A DNA stretch of 34,061 nucleotides, from assembly GCA_008369845.1 (NCBI GenBank), contig MRSU01003717.1:1-34061 (forward strand), in the 5' to 3' direction. Numbering within the stretch: the stretch's first letter is position 1; each line of letters starts with the position of its first letter. The translations under genes and the position numbers were made by a program. Shown piece by piece: positions 1 through 10,675 of the stretch. Origin of the DNA: Trichomonas gallinae. Lineage: Eukaryota. The notes beneath the pieces are model-generated. The model was not told the DNA's origin. It did no database searches and was given only the letters and a program-made list of their open reading frames with translations.

Positions 1-517
1 TATATCCATCGATTAAATATGGACTAATATATGTTTGCGCTACTGCATTTTCGTATATATCATCTACATGATTTGGATTTTGTATTAATTTGATTCCTTT
101 TCCTTGACAACCAGTATCTGGTTTGATAATAATTGTTCGCTTCGATTTTTTTGGGATAGAGTGCATATAGTCTTTTAGATTTTTTGATTCTCTTGGAAGG
201 ATAAAACTTCGAGGATGAAAATTGTATAAATCCGGTAAAAGTCTTGACATTTTATCGTAATTTTTCGCGAGTTCAACTTTATGTGCGATTTCGGCCATAG
301 ATGGGAAGTGGTTGACAAATTGATATGGTTTCATTGTCATAGCAATCTCTGAACAGCCCTCGCAGTCCACCCAGAATAAAGTGTTTCCTGTTGTCGAAGA
401 AGTAACTTTCCAGCCCATCTCTTCGACGCAAACTGTTATTAATGAGTAGTGAGTGTTGTCTAGGTTGACAGTAAGCTGCTTTTTATTTTTCTTCTTCTTT
501 CCTTGATTTTTGTCCAT
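1..517 (-). CDS. Tubulin-tyrosine ligase-like protein (TTLL6/7/13-type polyglutamylase), 5' part; runs off the left edge
   Basis: Not in the ORF track. Manual translation from ATG at 517 is open to position 1: MDKNQGKKKKNKKQLTVNLDNTHY...YQFVNHFPSMAEIAHKVELAKNYDKMSRLLPDLYNFHPRSFILP...IIKPDTGCQGKGIKLI...VAQTYISPYLIDGY. The NHFP, IKP-x-x-GCQGKGI and Q-x-YI-x-P-x-LIDG motifs are typical of TTLL enzymes. Confidence 0.92.
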   Translation of the reverse strand, partial: MDKNQGKKKKNKKQLTVNLDNTHYSLITVCVEEMGWKVTSSTTGNTLFWVDCEGCSEIAMTMKPYQFVNHFPSMAEIAHKVELAKNYDKMSRLLPDLYNFHPRSFILPRESKNLKDYMHSIPKKSKRTIIIKPDTGCQGKGIKLIQNPNHVDDIYENAVAQTYISPYLIDGY

Positions 518-867
518 TGTTTTTATAATTTGAATGGTGTACGTTAAAAATTTTATATTTTTATGAATATTTGACAGTTTACTTGTCAAATTTTGGTAAT
601 TTTGACACGATGATGATTTTAATCTGAATTATTCATTTTACAATTCAGAAATATATTTTACATTTCACTTTCAAAATTTTACCATTTTGATATTTTGCAC
701 AATCATACCTAATTCATATATGAATAAGAATGGCTTGGACTTATTATAGGTAATATTTATCCATCTCAACAAACTTAGTTAATGTTGGCTCTCTCTTGCA
801 AGCAGACAAAGTTTTCTCTTATGTGCAATGCAGTATAGATAAAAAAAAAATTCATCTGGCATTATTG

Positions 868-1045
868 ATTGACAGTTTGACACTTTACATTTGAGGATTT
901 GACAATTCAGAACTTTACAATCAGTTACTTTGCAAATTTTTATATTTTTGACACTTTACAATCATTGAGTTGACAGTATTTGTTGACATTTTGACTCTTT
1001 ACATTCAATTACTTGGCAATATTGGGATATTTTTGACACTTTACA
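868..1045 (+). repeat. Degenerate array of TTTGACACTTTACA units
   Basis: Perfect TTTGACACTTTACA at 876-889, 947-960 and 1032-1045, a one-mismatch copy at 990-1003, and further TTGACA words in between. 942-960 and 1027-1045 are identical over 19 nt. Confidence 0.75.
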
Positions 1046-1636
1046 TATGACCCATTGATTTCTGCATGGGACAATGAAGGTGCTACATTCAATCTACCAA
1101 CAACACCACAAAGAGTATTCAAATCTACACAGGAAACATTTAATGATGGAAAAGTTTGTGTTGAATTTGAATGGCACGGTGGCACTGATATTACTTCTGG
1201 ATTTATAGCAAACGGATACATCATAATGGTGTATCAAAGAAGTTCATGGGCAACAGATATACTGAGATTCAATACTGGTCTTACAAATCCACAAAAAGAA
1301 CAAAATATTGCAAATAGATTACAGCGAAATACTCGATATATGGTTTGTCTGAGTATCATAGATAAGCTATTTACTTTAGTTAGAGGTAATGAAATTTATC
1401 AAATGGATTTTGATATGCCAGAAGGACGAAATTGGAGTCATACTATCTTTTGTGGTACTGCTCCAAATTCTGCAAGTGGAAAAGTGATATATAGACATCA
1501 AAACTTTAAAAATAAATTGCCCGAAGGTTATCATGACATATTTTACCAAGAAAATCACGAAGTGACTGATGATGTTCAATATTATAATAGAATGCTGATA
1601 TTTGAATTTATATTCATTCCAGAATTATATTCTTAA
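995..1636 (+). pseudogene. Lineage-specific beta-rich hypothetical protein, probably 5'-damaged
   Basis: The 193-codon ORF looks protein-like but starts at TTG, and the first in-frame ATG is about 56 codons in. The frame continues upstream through TGA 1034-1036 as a hydrophobic stretch (LFTFNYLAILGYF*HFTYDPLISAW). The nearby ATG at 1047 is out of frame and stops after 3 codons. Confidence 0.5.
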
Positions 1637-2124
1637 TATTTGCTTGAGCTTACGCTTGATTTATTGTCAATTCAGGGCATATTTTATATTATTTAATAAG
1701 CTAGGAGATGAGCATTTAAAAATTTCGAAAATTCAAATTGAATTTCTGATTTTAACTAAATTTAAATGATGTAATTCAAACATTTATTGATAACAAAGAA
1801 TCAGGAAGAGTATGATATATCTTTTGATTTTAAAATATTGTACACTATTATCTACATTTGTACTTAGATAATTGGTAACATTGATATATATATATATATT
1901 CAAAGGCTAGATCTTTAAAAAATCAGAAAATAAAATATTGATTTATATAAATAAGTTGATTTTCATTATAGAATCATTCGTGACAGGATTTACATTATAA
2001 TATGTTAATGAATCATAGTGTAACAATATTAGAATTATATGAATCAAAGAACCTTATTTTAATATTTTAGGGGCTGACAAAAATAAAAAGGTGTTGTTTA
2101 AATTCGTTTTATTTTTTTATATTT

Positions 2125-4764
2125 TTGCATAAAACTAAGCCTCCCACTTTTCAAACTTTAACATTCACAGCTAGTTTGGACTGGGAACTTGAATCATATG
2201 CTGTTGCACCTCAATTATCATTATCGTTTCCATCCCAATTCGCTAAACCAAATAATAATATAGCAATCGATACGAAAATATCATCAAAATCATTCTCATC
2301 GAGTAAACATCAGAAAATTGATGATAACTTTTTACTAAATTCACTAGTATCTCCATTCATTTTCAAAATTGAATTCAAAAATTCTTCTCACAGAAGTAAA
2401 AATGCATCTAGCAGTAGAAAGAAGAAATTAGAAAACTCAACAATTACAAACAAACAAAATAAAAATGAATCTGAACAAAATGAAAATCAAAATACCTTAG
2501 AAACATCGGAAAGTAAATCAGAAACAATGGAACATCCAATGAAGTCGCATAGAAAGCATAAATCTACTTCAGAGCAAAATAATAATAATGAAACACAAAA
2601 ATCTTTAGATAATGACGCAAATCCTGTTGAAACTCCTACTAAATCACATAGAAAACATAAATCTGTATCTGATAAAGCCAAAAATGAAGAAGAAAAGAAT
2701 AAATTAGAAAAAGAACAAAAAACACCTGGTGAAAAGCCAAAAACACATAGGAGGCATAAAAGTACCAAAGATAAAAGCGAAAGCAAAGAAGATTCAAATA
2801 CTTTAGAAGATTCTTTATCTCAAGATAATCCAAAACGATCACATAGAAAACACCACTCAAAATCTGAGCAAAATGAAGTTCAGCAGCCTTCAACTGAGCC
2901 ACCAAAAAAGTCTCATAGGCATAAAAAATCAGAGATAATCGAAGATAATCTATCTTCTCAACAAAATAAGAATTCACAGCAAAGCATAGCTCCTTTAGAC
3001 AACACTACAGAGAATTCTATTAAAATTATTGATCAAAACCCTAAAATTAAAATTTATGAAAATAAAGTCGAGAATGCTGATGATAAATCATCAGTGTCTT
3101 CAAAATTTTCAAAGAAATCACATCATCGGCATAAAAAGACCTCGGAACAAAATGAAAATCAAAATGAAAAAGATTCATCTAAAAAATCACACAGAAGACA
3201 TAAAGATAAGTCTGGTGATAAAAATACTTCAATGCAGTTAGAAACCACAATAAATAGCAAAGTTGAAGCAAATAATGATTCAATTCAACAAAATGAAGAG
3301 AAAAAAAATGATTCTAGCAAAAACCATCGTTCAAAATCATCATTGGGCAAGTCATATATACAAATTGACGGTCATAATCTATTTTTCCCGAATAGTGTCA
3401 GTGCATCATCAAAAATTTGTCCTCCTGGATTCAAAAAGTTTAATTTTACTATTACAGTCAGTTCGCCTCTTCTCACTGACTATGTTTTGAAAAGATTTGC
3501 GCCTGCTTTTCTTCATATTCAGCAAATCGAAAACGCAAAACAAGAAGTTTATCTGTCTATTAACGATAAATATGTTCTATCTGATAATAACATTGTTAAT
3601 TCTCTTATGATTTTCACTCCACGTGAACAAAGAGAATTAAATATTGTTTTATACAATAAAAGACCGATAAGCAAGGTTGTTTGCGGCAATGGATTGGTTA
3701 AACAAGGCCACAGTAGCAGTAAACAGGTTGGAAGCATGATATACATGTTACTTCCAAAACGTGCGAAAAAAATTTACATCGGACAGATGCAAGTTTATCT
3801 TGAAACACTTGATCCAGCAGAAAAATACGGAGTCCCAACTATACCCATTATTGAAGAAAACACAGAGCCCGAGAATGGCGAGCCATCGAATTCCAAATTC
3901 TACAGATGGATAGCTTCAACAGAAAGAAATCCCGAAGGCGTGAAATTTTGCAGAAAATTGATGACATTCATAAATCAAGTGAACAAAGATTTACCGAACT
4001 ACAGGAAAGCTGTTAAGACTAATTTCGATGTTATCACAGGCTTCCACATATCAACACCTAAAGAAGATTTGTTTGTCATCGAAAGCCGAGCAACAGAACC
4101 AAAAACATCATCAGTACAATTATCTAAATTACTCAATGAGTCTCCTTTTTCAGTTCACATTGTTGCAAACACAACAGTCAGCTACAAAATGCCTAGATTA
4201 TTCAAGGGACTTGACACTCTTTTCCTTGATGTTATGCTGCCAATATCTGTTGCAGAATTCGTAAGAATCGAAGGTTTATATATCCGAAGATCGAGATTTT
4301 CGTCACTTTTTTCTGTCGCGCAGAAAATATTTGATTTGTTTTCAATTCACGATTGCAGCGTTGACGTTTATTTCCCGACATACAGAGAGCTGAGGGACTT
4401 GGTTAAAAGAACAATTGATCTCCATGCTGCTCCTTTCTCTGAATTCCAAGTTAAACCTCCAATATCTGAACCTTCTGAGACATTCGACAGAAGATTTTTG
4501 GTTTTAGACAAAAACAAATCAAATAAGATCAACATGGAACAACCATTGCAAAAGGTTATCGAAACTAAACAAGAACAGCCAACGAATGAGGCTCCAGTTA
4601 TTCTCAAACCAGAGCCTAAACAAGTTTTAGTAATGAGAATGAAGAAAAGAACTCCAACGATGAAAGATCATGTTCCTATATCTACGCCTCCTATATCTAT
4701 TTATCATAATTCGGGAAGAATGAGCGCTCGAAGACGCAAAAGTAATGCAAAAAATGAAATTTAG
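2125..4764 (+). CDS. CFAP92/KIAA1257 (DUF4550)-like protein with a long charged low-complexity insert; start uncertain
   Basis: 879-codon ORF. The blocks ITVSSPLL..KRFAPAFLHI, DVITGFHI....DLFVIE, N..VSY..PRLF.GLD....V.L and FPT..EL.DL resemble CFAP92 family blocks as recalled. The first ATG is at 2527. Confidence 0.6.
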   Translation: MHKTKPPTFQTLTFTASLDWELESYAVAPQLSLSFPSQFAKPNNNIAIDTKISSKSFSSSKHQKIDDNFLLNSLVSPFIFKIEFKNSSHRSKNASSSRKKKLENSTITNKQNKNESEQNENQNTLETSESKSETMEHPMKSHRKHKSTSEQNNNNETQKSLDNDANPVETPTKSHRKHKSVSDKAKNEEEKNKLEKEQKTPGEKPKTHRRHKSTKDKSESKEDSNTLEDSLSQDNPKRSHRKHHSKSEQNEVQQPSTEPPKKSHRHKKSEIIEDNLSSQQNKNSQQSIAPLDNTTENSIKIIDQNPKIKIYENKVENADDKSSVSSKFSKKSHHRHKKTSEQNENQNEKDSSKKSHRRHKDKSGDKNTSMQLETTINSKVEANNDSIQQNEEKKNDSSKNHRSKSSLGKSYIQIDGHNLFFPNSVSASSKICPPGFKKFNFTITVSSPLLTDYVLKRFAPAFLHIQQIENAKQEVYLSINDKYVLSDNNIVNSLMIFTPREQRELNIVLYNKRPISKVVCGNGLVKQGHSSSKQVGSMIYMLLPKRAKKIYIGQMQVYLETLDPAEKYGVPTIPIIEENTEPENGEPSNSKFYRWIASTERNPEGVKFCRKLMTFINQVNKDLPNYRKAVKTNFDVITGFHISTPKEDLFVIESRATEPKTSSVQLSKLLNESPFSVHIVANTTVSYKMPRLFKGLDTLFLDVMLPISVAEFVRIEGLYIRRSRFSSLFSVAQKIFDLFSIHDCSVDVYFPTYRELRDLVKRTIDLHAAPFSEFQVKPPISEPSETFDRRFLVLDKNKSNKINMEQPLQKVIETKQEQPTNEAPVILKPEPKQVLVMRMKKRTPTMKDHVPISTPPISIYHNSGRMSARRRKSNAKNEI
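2539..3340 (+). repeat. Intragenic peptide repeat K(S/T)H(R/H)(K/R)HK, about 8 copies
   Basis: KSHRKHKS, KSHRKHKS, KTHRRHKS, RSHRKHHS, KSHRHKKS, KSHHRHKK, KSHRRHKD and KNHRSKS, separated by acidic/Asn-rich spacers. SEQN recurs four times. Confidence 0.85.
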
Positions 4765-5491
4765 TTATATATATATTTATTTGTTTGATTTAAATAATAT
4801 GATTGTGAATATTTAATATTAGTCATAAATGAACTTATATAATGTTAATCAAATAGAAATTGATTGGATCAAAATTTCTTGACGACTCAAAACGACTTGA
4901 TCGGAAAGATTCAATATTTGAACAGTTTACATGTTTATAGCACTTTTTCTTGTAGAGACGTATAATAATGAATTTACTATGCATAGTTTATACGTGTCAA
5001 AATCTCATTGAATAAATATTCGAGATACCAAGAGTCGCTGAGACGTATATTGACATTAAAATTATAAATGAATGTAAATGCAATAACCTAATGACATCTC
5101 GAGGTAATCAATGGATATTGGAAATTCGCTCTGATTGGCTAAATTCTACATTGATACAAACTGAATGCTTTTACGTGTCAAAAAGATTCATAATCTGTCG
5201 TGTAAAGTGTCATATTGTCGAATATCGAAATAAATAAAATGTGCTCTTTTATAAACATCCAAAATGTGGACATGAAATTTTTAAAAATATGACCCAACAG
5301 TACTCATATTATTCACTTCCAGGCATAATGATACGATAAAATATGCCTTTGGTGTTCAATACTCCTAATCGAAATCATAAACGGGCTTTTTGATTTGCTG
5401 TTTCATGATGTTTTGCTACTTAAATTTAGAGACATTATCAAAGATTCATTACAACATTCAATATTGTCCTTTGTCAAAAATTTATAATATT

Positions 5492-6772
5492 TTACTTGAA
5501 AGTATCAATGAAAGCATTGTATTTGGAAGGATCAGGCCATTTTTCATTAGCAGCATAGTAAGCTGCGACTTCGAAAGCTTTAGCAAAGCTATCAGGATCA
5601 ACTGTATGGTTAGTAAGATGTTGCCAATGCTTAGTAATGAACCAAATGATCTTCATTCCAATACAAGCTGGCGGCAGATACACAGAATAATCCCACATTT
5701 CGTCGTTAACAAATACAGCAATAGACTTAGGACTCATGAAGATAACTTTGTGACTGTTGCTGCCACAAACAGTACCAAACACTTTCAATTTAGCATGAAG
5801 TCTTGCAGACTCAATAAGACTGCCTATTTTCTCATCAAAATATTGCCAATCTATATTAGGAACTCTTGCTCTTAATGCTGCTAAGCACTCGTTTATGTTA
5901 GTAACCATTCGATAGTTATATGATCTTTGCACAAAACCATATAAAGTTGGTTCAATTGATGTTAAATTCAACTTTTCTCGCAGCATTATATTTAATCTGT
6001 AAGGCAATGGACCGAAATGAGAAACATGCGGCATTGGATGCGTCGCTGATATAACTGAGTCACAATGCACCCAATCATTGTTTTCAATATACAATACATT
6101 AGCATCCAAACCAAGCCATGAAAACAATTCTCTATTGAATGTCTCAGCTTTACAATGGAGAATTGTAGACGCTTTCAGAAGAGACATTGGCAGTGCCATT
6201 AGAAGATATAAACAATCAGCAACGAAGTGGCCAAAGTTGTTAGCATTCTCATGAAGTGCAACTGCATTCATCACATGTTTGACAACTGGACCTGGCCTAG
6301 ATTCATAGAAATGAGGAGGTGCTGTAGCATTTCCTGAAAAAATTACATTTTTTCCATCAGAGACAGCTCCAGAGCCGAAAACATATACGTCTCTATAAAT
6401 TGTATATATACAGTCTATCTCGTTAGTCCATCTAAGAAACTTGGTTTCACCAATACGAGGAAATTCAAAAGTGTAATTGTTTCCAGTTACAGATTTGATG
6501 GCATGCATTATCATATGGTTCATATCTTTTTTAAAGAAAAACGCAAAATTCTTTCGCGGCGGATCAATCTTCTCGTTTATATGCATGAGACCGATTGTAT
6601 GCTCAGGGCTTTCCTTGATTGTATTGGTATTTTGAATGAAATTCAAGACTTTATTACTGTACACATCAGCGAGATAGAGACGATTGTAGTATTTACCAAC
6701 AAGAATATCGGACATGCATACGTACCCAGATAATATCAGAATGACAACTGCAGGCGTGAAAAACTGATACAT
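5492..6772 (-). CDS. Glycosyltransferase family 61 (DUF563)-like type II membrane protein
   Basis: N-terminal hydrophobic anchor, then NFGHFVAD (GT61 His motif), FVQR...RMVTN and a GTVCGSN..VIFM block matching the G-x-HGAG...FM region. The stop sits in TAAA. Confidence 0.75.
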   Translation of the reverse strand: MYQFFTPAVVILILSGYVCMSDILVGKYYNRLYLADVYSNKVLNFIQNTNTIKESPEHTIGLMHINEKIDPPRKNFAFFFKKDMNHMIMHAIKSVTGNNYTFEFPRIGETKFLRWTNEIDCIYTIYRDVYVFGSGAVSDGKNVIFSGNATAPPHFYESRPGPVVKHVMNAVALHENANNFGHFVADCLYLLMALPMSLLKASTILHCKAETFNRELFSWLGLDANVLYIENNDWVHCDSVISATHPMPHVSHFGPLPYRLNIMLREKLNLTSIEPTLYGFVQRSYNYRMVTNINECLAALRARVPNIDWQYFDEKIGSLIESARLHAKLKVFGTVCGSNSHKVIFMSPKSIAVFVNDEMWDYSVYLPPACIGMKIIWFITKHWQHLTNHTVDPDSFAKAFEVAAYYAANEKWPDPSKYNAFIDTFK

Positions 6773-8160
6773 TAAATAAACATCCAGCTCAGTTAAATTT
6801 CAAGCAACTTGATCACAATTTTGGACGATACAAATCGTCTCAATCATATTCCATCATCTCAATTTTGTGACAATAATAAGAACTGTTTCCGACTGCATTT
6901 CAAATATATAAAAGAAAACCAAGACAATTAAAAGTGACTAGTCTTTTTCCATGCAATCAAAAGATGAAACATAACTTGTTGCTCTAAATTCAAAAACAAC
7001 ATTCATTTTTGAATTCACTTTCTTGAAAATTTACCTGAATTAGCAAAATACACAACAGCTTGAAAATATGGTTATATTGTTATTCATTTGCTTTCACAAC
7101 AACTATTCAGGGTCAATAAAAATAATCATACGTTTTTTTCTCTCAATAATTTTGAAAGCGAAGGAATTCAAACATAGAGATGTTAAAATTTGTCTTTGTC
7201 ACGCATCATATAGTTTTATTTAACTTTTTTTATTTTATTTTTTGTTGGGGCTTATTCATCACTACTATACGAATTAGCTCATTATGTTCAAATAGTCTAT
7301 ATGATATACTGTGAATAACAATGATTTTCAAAGCTACAAAAAAAAAAAAGATACGAAGGATGGATAGGTAAGGCTATATGTTACAGTAAAAGACTATTAA
7401 ATCACAGATGTCACAAATATCATAATTAATGCCCATCTCCCCAACCAATTCGATGTACATCGTTTTTTCTTATTCTCTCATAATTTTATTCTAACTGTTC
7501 TCAATTACTTTCTGGTTGACCCTCATTTTTTTATTCTCAATTTCATTCGAATTTATCTCAATTTCATTTAATGAATGCTAAGTCCTATATTTGTAATATG
7601 AAAGAACAATTTCTGCCACAATATCAGAAAAAATCATTCAAGCTGAAAAATAATGATGAAATTAATCATATGTCATAAATTGCAAGTTTTTAAAAATTTC
7701 CATAATTCTTTTTTCCGAGTCGCTAATCCGTATTGCGCTCAATGAATTGATATATTAGCAGCGATCTCATCATAGGAACATGCATTTATCAGCGTCGTAT
7801 CAAATATATTTATTCCGTAATATAATTTTCTAAATCATGGCCAAAATGTAAAATCTTTAATGCAAAATCTTTACATTATACTTTTTATCTCCATTTATAA
7901 CATTAAAGATGCTAAAAAGCTTTCATTCAAATACGTCCCTAATTTTTCTATGCAAAAATTTAAAGATTTCCTGAAACATGTAGTATACATTGTTCTGCAT
8001 CAACCTATATGATGACCTCACGCGCGTGACGACTTTCAATCATGAATCTAGATACATGAGTTGTTTCATGATAAATAAGTACATTGAAGTTATAGGGTAT
8101 CATAACATTGCTACGCATGGTATTAAAAACAATTTGCAACCCTTTTTAATGCTGAAACAG

Positions 8161-8224
8161 TTTACATGTCAAAAAACTATTCTTTTGACACATAGTATTT
8201 ACATGACAAAATTTCTTTTGACAC
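8161..8224. repeat. Two tandem copies of TTTACATG(T/A)CAAAA-Nx-TCTTTTGACAC with internal dyad
   Basis: Copies at 8161-8191 and 8198-8224. The first contains the inverted repeat TGTCAAAA...TTTTGACA. Confidence 0.6.
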
Positions 8225-9769
8225 GAATTAACCTTTCTTTTCTTATAGTTAAAACTTTATAATTCTAATGCAAAAATAGGAGCAATAATGTGTTGTATTA
8301 ATATATGAAGAAGATTGTTAATATTATCGCTGATAAATTTCTAAATCTTTTTTTTCAATCGTAATGTACCTATTGAACATCTATATCGTTATGCAAACAT
8401 TATATATAATATAATTTCTCGTCCCATTGACTAACTTTACCTTGATATTCAACAAGATAATTTTGATTAATTTATTTGCTCATATTATAAGAGGAAAAAA
8501 TGTATACATTCATACAGAATATATTTTGAAGGGGAGACTACAGAACAGTAACAAAATCGAATAATCGAAATTTTTGAATAAACGCCTATTGGATTGCAAG
8601 TATTGAGGAAACGTTTGCTATGTATCCATTGTTAGATAACACATTAATATAAGATTGAATGGCCGCTGGATAGTTAAAAAATTAGATCAAAAAATTGAAC
8701 ATTTATTTTTACTGGACAAGACCGGTAACAAATCTCCTATAGACATTTTGCAGCAATAATATACCATTTATTCTAATAAATGTAGAATTGTTAGAAGATT
8801 TTGATAAAGGGACAGATTGATCAAAAATAATTTCAACAAAAAGCACCGTCTTTGTATTTTAGAAATATAAGCATTGTAAAATTAGATGAATTCAAATTTT
8901 TAAATACTGCGTCAAAATAATTGTGAAATCTGTCAACAAATTTTCTGCTAATAATTGAAGTCTGATTTTTGGAATTTTTATATCTGTAGCACAATATAAA
9001 TAAGTTTCCCAACTTAATTTGATTCACTCGACAGAATAACCAAAAATTCTCCATTATAAAATAATAATTCCTATGATAATGTTTCGTAACTAATATTCGA
9101 ATTAAAAAAAAATCGAGAAATCTCAATTTTTTGCTTAAGGATAGAATGAATTATGAGAGGAAAAATATAATTGCAATTGCAAAAGTTGACGCAAAGATTT
9201 GAATATAATGATGTCAATTTGAAAATTTATTCATCCGTTCAAAATAAAGTTAAAAACGTCAGTTACTTGTTTTTAATATATCTTTAACTATAACATAGAA
9301 AAAAATTTCAATATTCAACCCCTTTTATAAATGGCCCTAGATAAAAATCAAGGCATGTAAAGAAAAATAACTCTCTATTATTCGTTTGTTCTAAATATTT
9401 CTATTCCATATACTTGGTGACTAAGAATTTACTTCAATATTAATTGAAACGACCTTAGAAATTTTTTGAATGTAATTGAGATATATTCAAATTATTTTAT
9501 GGTGGTAATTGCTTTCATATCATATTTCCAACCATTTGATTTGATTCGATTACTTACATTCAAAAATTTTGATTTGAAAATAACGATATATTATATATTT
9601 ACAATAAATTTTATTCTTTGACTTTCTAAAAGTATTCAAATATTCAATAGTGTTTTCAAAAATTTGTGAAGAAAAATTATAATCATAATATTAGCACTAT
9701 TATATGATTTCAAATAAATATATAACAATAATTTACAAAAAACGGCTCAATTTTTTTATTTTTCTTTAG

Positions 9770-10675
9770 ATGACTTTAGATAAGAAAGAGATCAAGAACA
9801 TATTAAAAGAACATAACTACGAGATTGTAAAGCAGTGCTTCCAGGAAGGTGATAACACCTATCTTGAAATTAAACACAAAAGCTTTACCCAATCTTTCAT
9901 GTGCAAAGTCACAACAGTACAGAGAGCACATGAAATAGAATGCAAAATACTTTCCAGTATCAACCATAAGAATATTATCAAGTTTCTCGAAGCTTTTAGT
10001 GCAAATGGCTATTATTTTCTTTTGACTGAACCATTTACTGATTCCAATCTCGAGACAATCAGAGGTTTACCACGTGAAGGAGTCAGAATGTTTGCTCTCC
10101 AGCTGCTGAGTGCAATTGAATGCTTGCACAATTATGGAATTTATATCGCAAACCTTTCACCCAAAAACATTTTCATCGATCGAATGGGCATGTTGAAAAT
10201 TGTCGATTTTCAGTTTGCATCGCTTATTTCAAGACGTTATTGCACTAAATTTACTTTTCATAATCAATTCCCTGCACCAGAAGTTTGCAAAGGTGTTCCA
10301 TATAATCCTAGATACGCGGATATTTGGTCTTTTGGCATTATTCTATATTATTTAGTCAATGTTAAATATCCTTTCCAAGGATTTACTGATATGGAAACAT
10401 ATCTGAAAAGTATTGAAGGCCTCAGAGCATCATTTGAGGTCAACAGTGAAATGCTTTACTGCAAGATTCTTAAATCTCTTCTGATTGTAAATCCAACAGA
10501 AAGACCTAATTTAGATGATATAGCCAGATCTTTTGGACTCGTCCAAGTCAAATTACCGCGCGGAACTTTAGATTTGAACAAATCATCTTTAGATTTAGCT
10601 ATACATCGTCGTGCTAAAGTCAGACCAGTTCATATGAATAGTTATGCAGAAGTTCGTGCATTTAACTCTGTTTAA
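9770..10675 (+). CDS. CAMK-like Ser/Thr protein kinase fold, predicted pseudokinase
   Basis: HKNIIKF, APE, ADIWSFG and ERP subdomains are present. HRDLKPEN reads IANLSPKN, DFG reads DFQ, and there is no GxGxxG loop. Confidence 0.9.
   Translation: MTLDKKEIKNILKEHNYEIVKQCFQEGDNTYLEIKHKSFTQSFMCKVTTVQRAHEIECKILSSINHKNIIKFLEAFSANGYYFLLTEPFTDSNLETIRGLPREGVRMFALQLLSAIECLHNYGIYIANLSPKNIFIDRMGMLKIVDFQFASLISRRYCTKFTFHNQFPAPEVCKGVPYNPRYADIWSFGIILYYLVNVKYPFQGFTDMETYLKSIEGLRASFEVNSEMLYCKILKSLLIVNPTERPNLDDIARSFGLVQVKLPRGTLDLNKSSLDLAIHRRAKVRPVHMNSYAEVRAFNSV

Noticed and set aside
868..1045. CRISPR array or bacterial -35 (TTGACA) promoter reading of the repeats
   Set aside because: Eukaryotic context, repeats too short and irregular, no cas genes, and no consistent -10 box pairing.
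1884..1898. (AT)n microsatellite and poly-A runs elsewhere
   Set aside because: Ordinary low-complexity sequence in AT-rich intergenic DNA.
5390..5875. 161-aa plus-strand ORF
   Set aside because: TTG start, largely antisense to the GT61 gene, no motifs.
6773..7006. Upstream ATGs in frame with the GT61 gene, suggesting a readthrough extension
   Set aside because: Three stops in about 78 codons is unremarkable for AT-rich DNA, and ATG 6772 already gives a proper signal anchor.
7990..9126. Short ORFs and a possibly decayed coding patch at about 8520-8830
   Set aside because: Non-ATG starts, several stops and no recognisable family; cannot be supported without a homology search.
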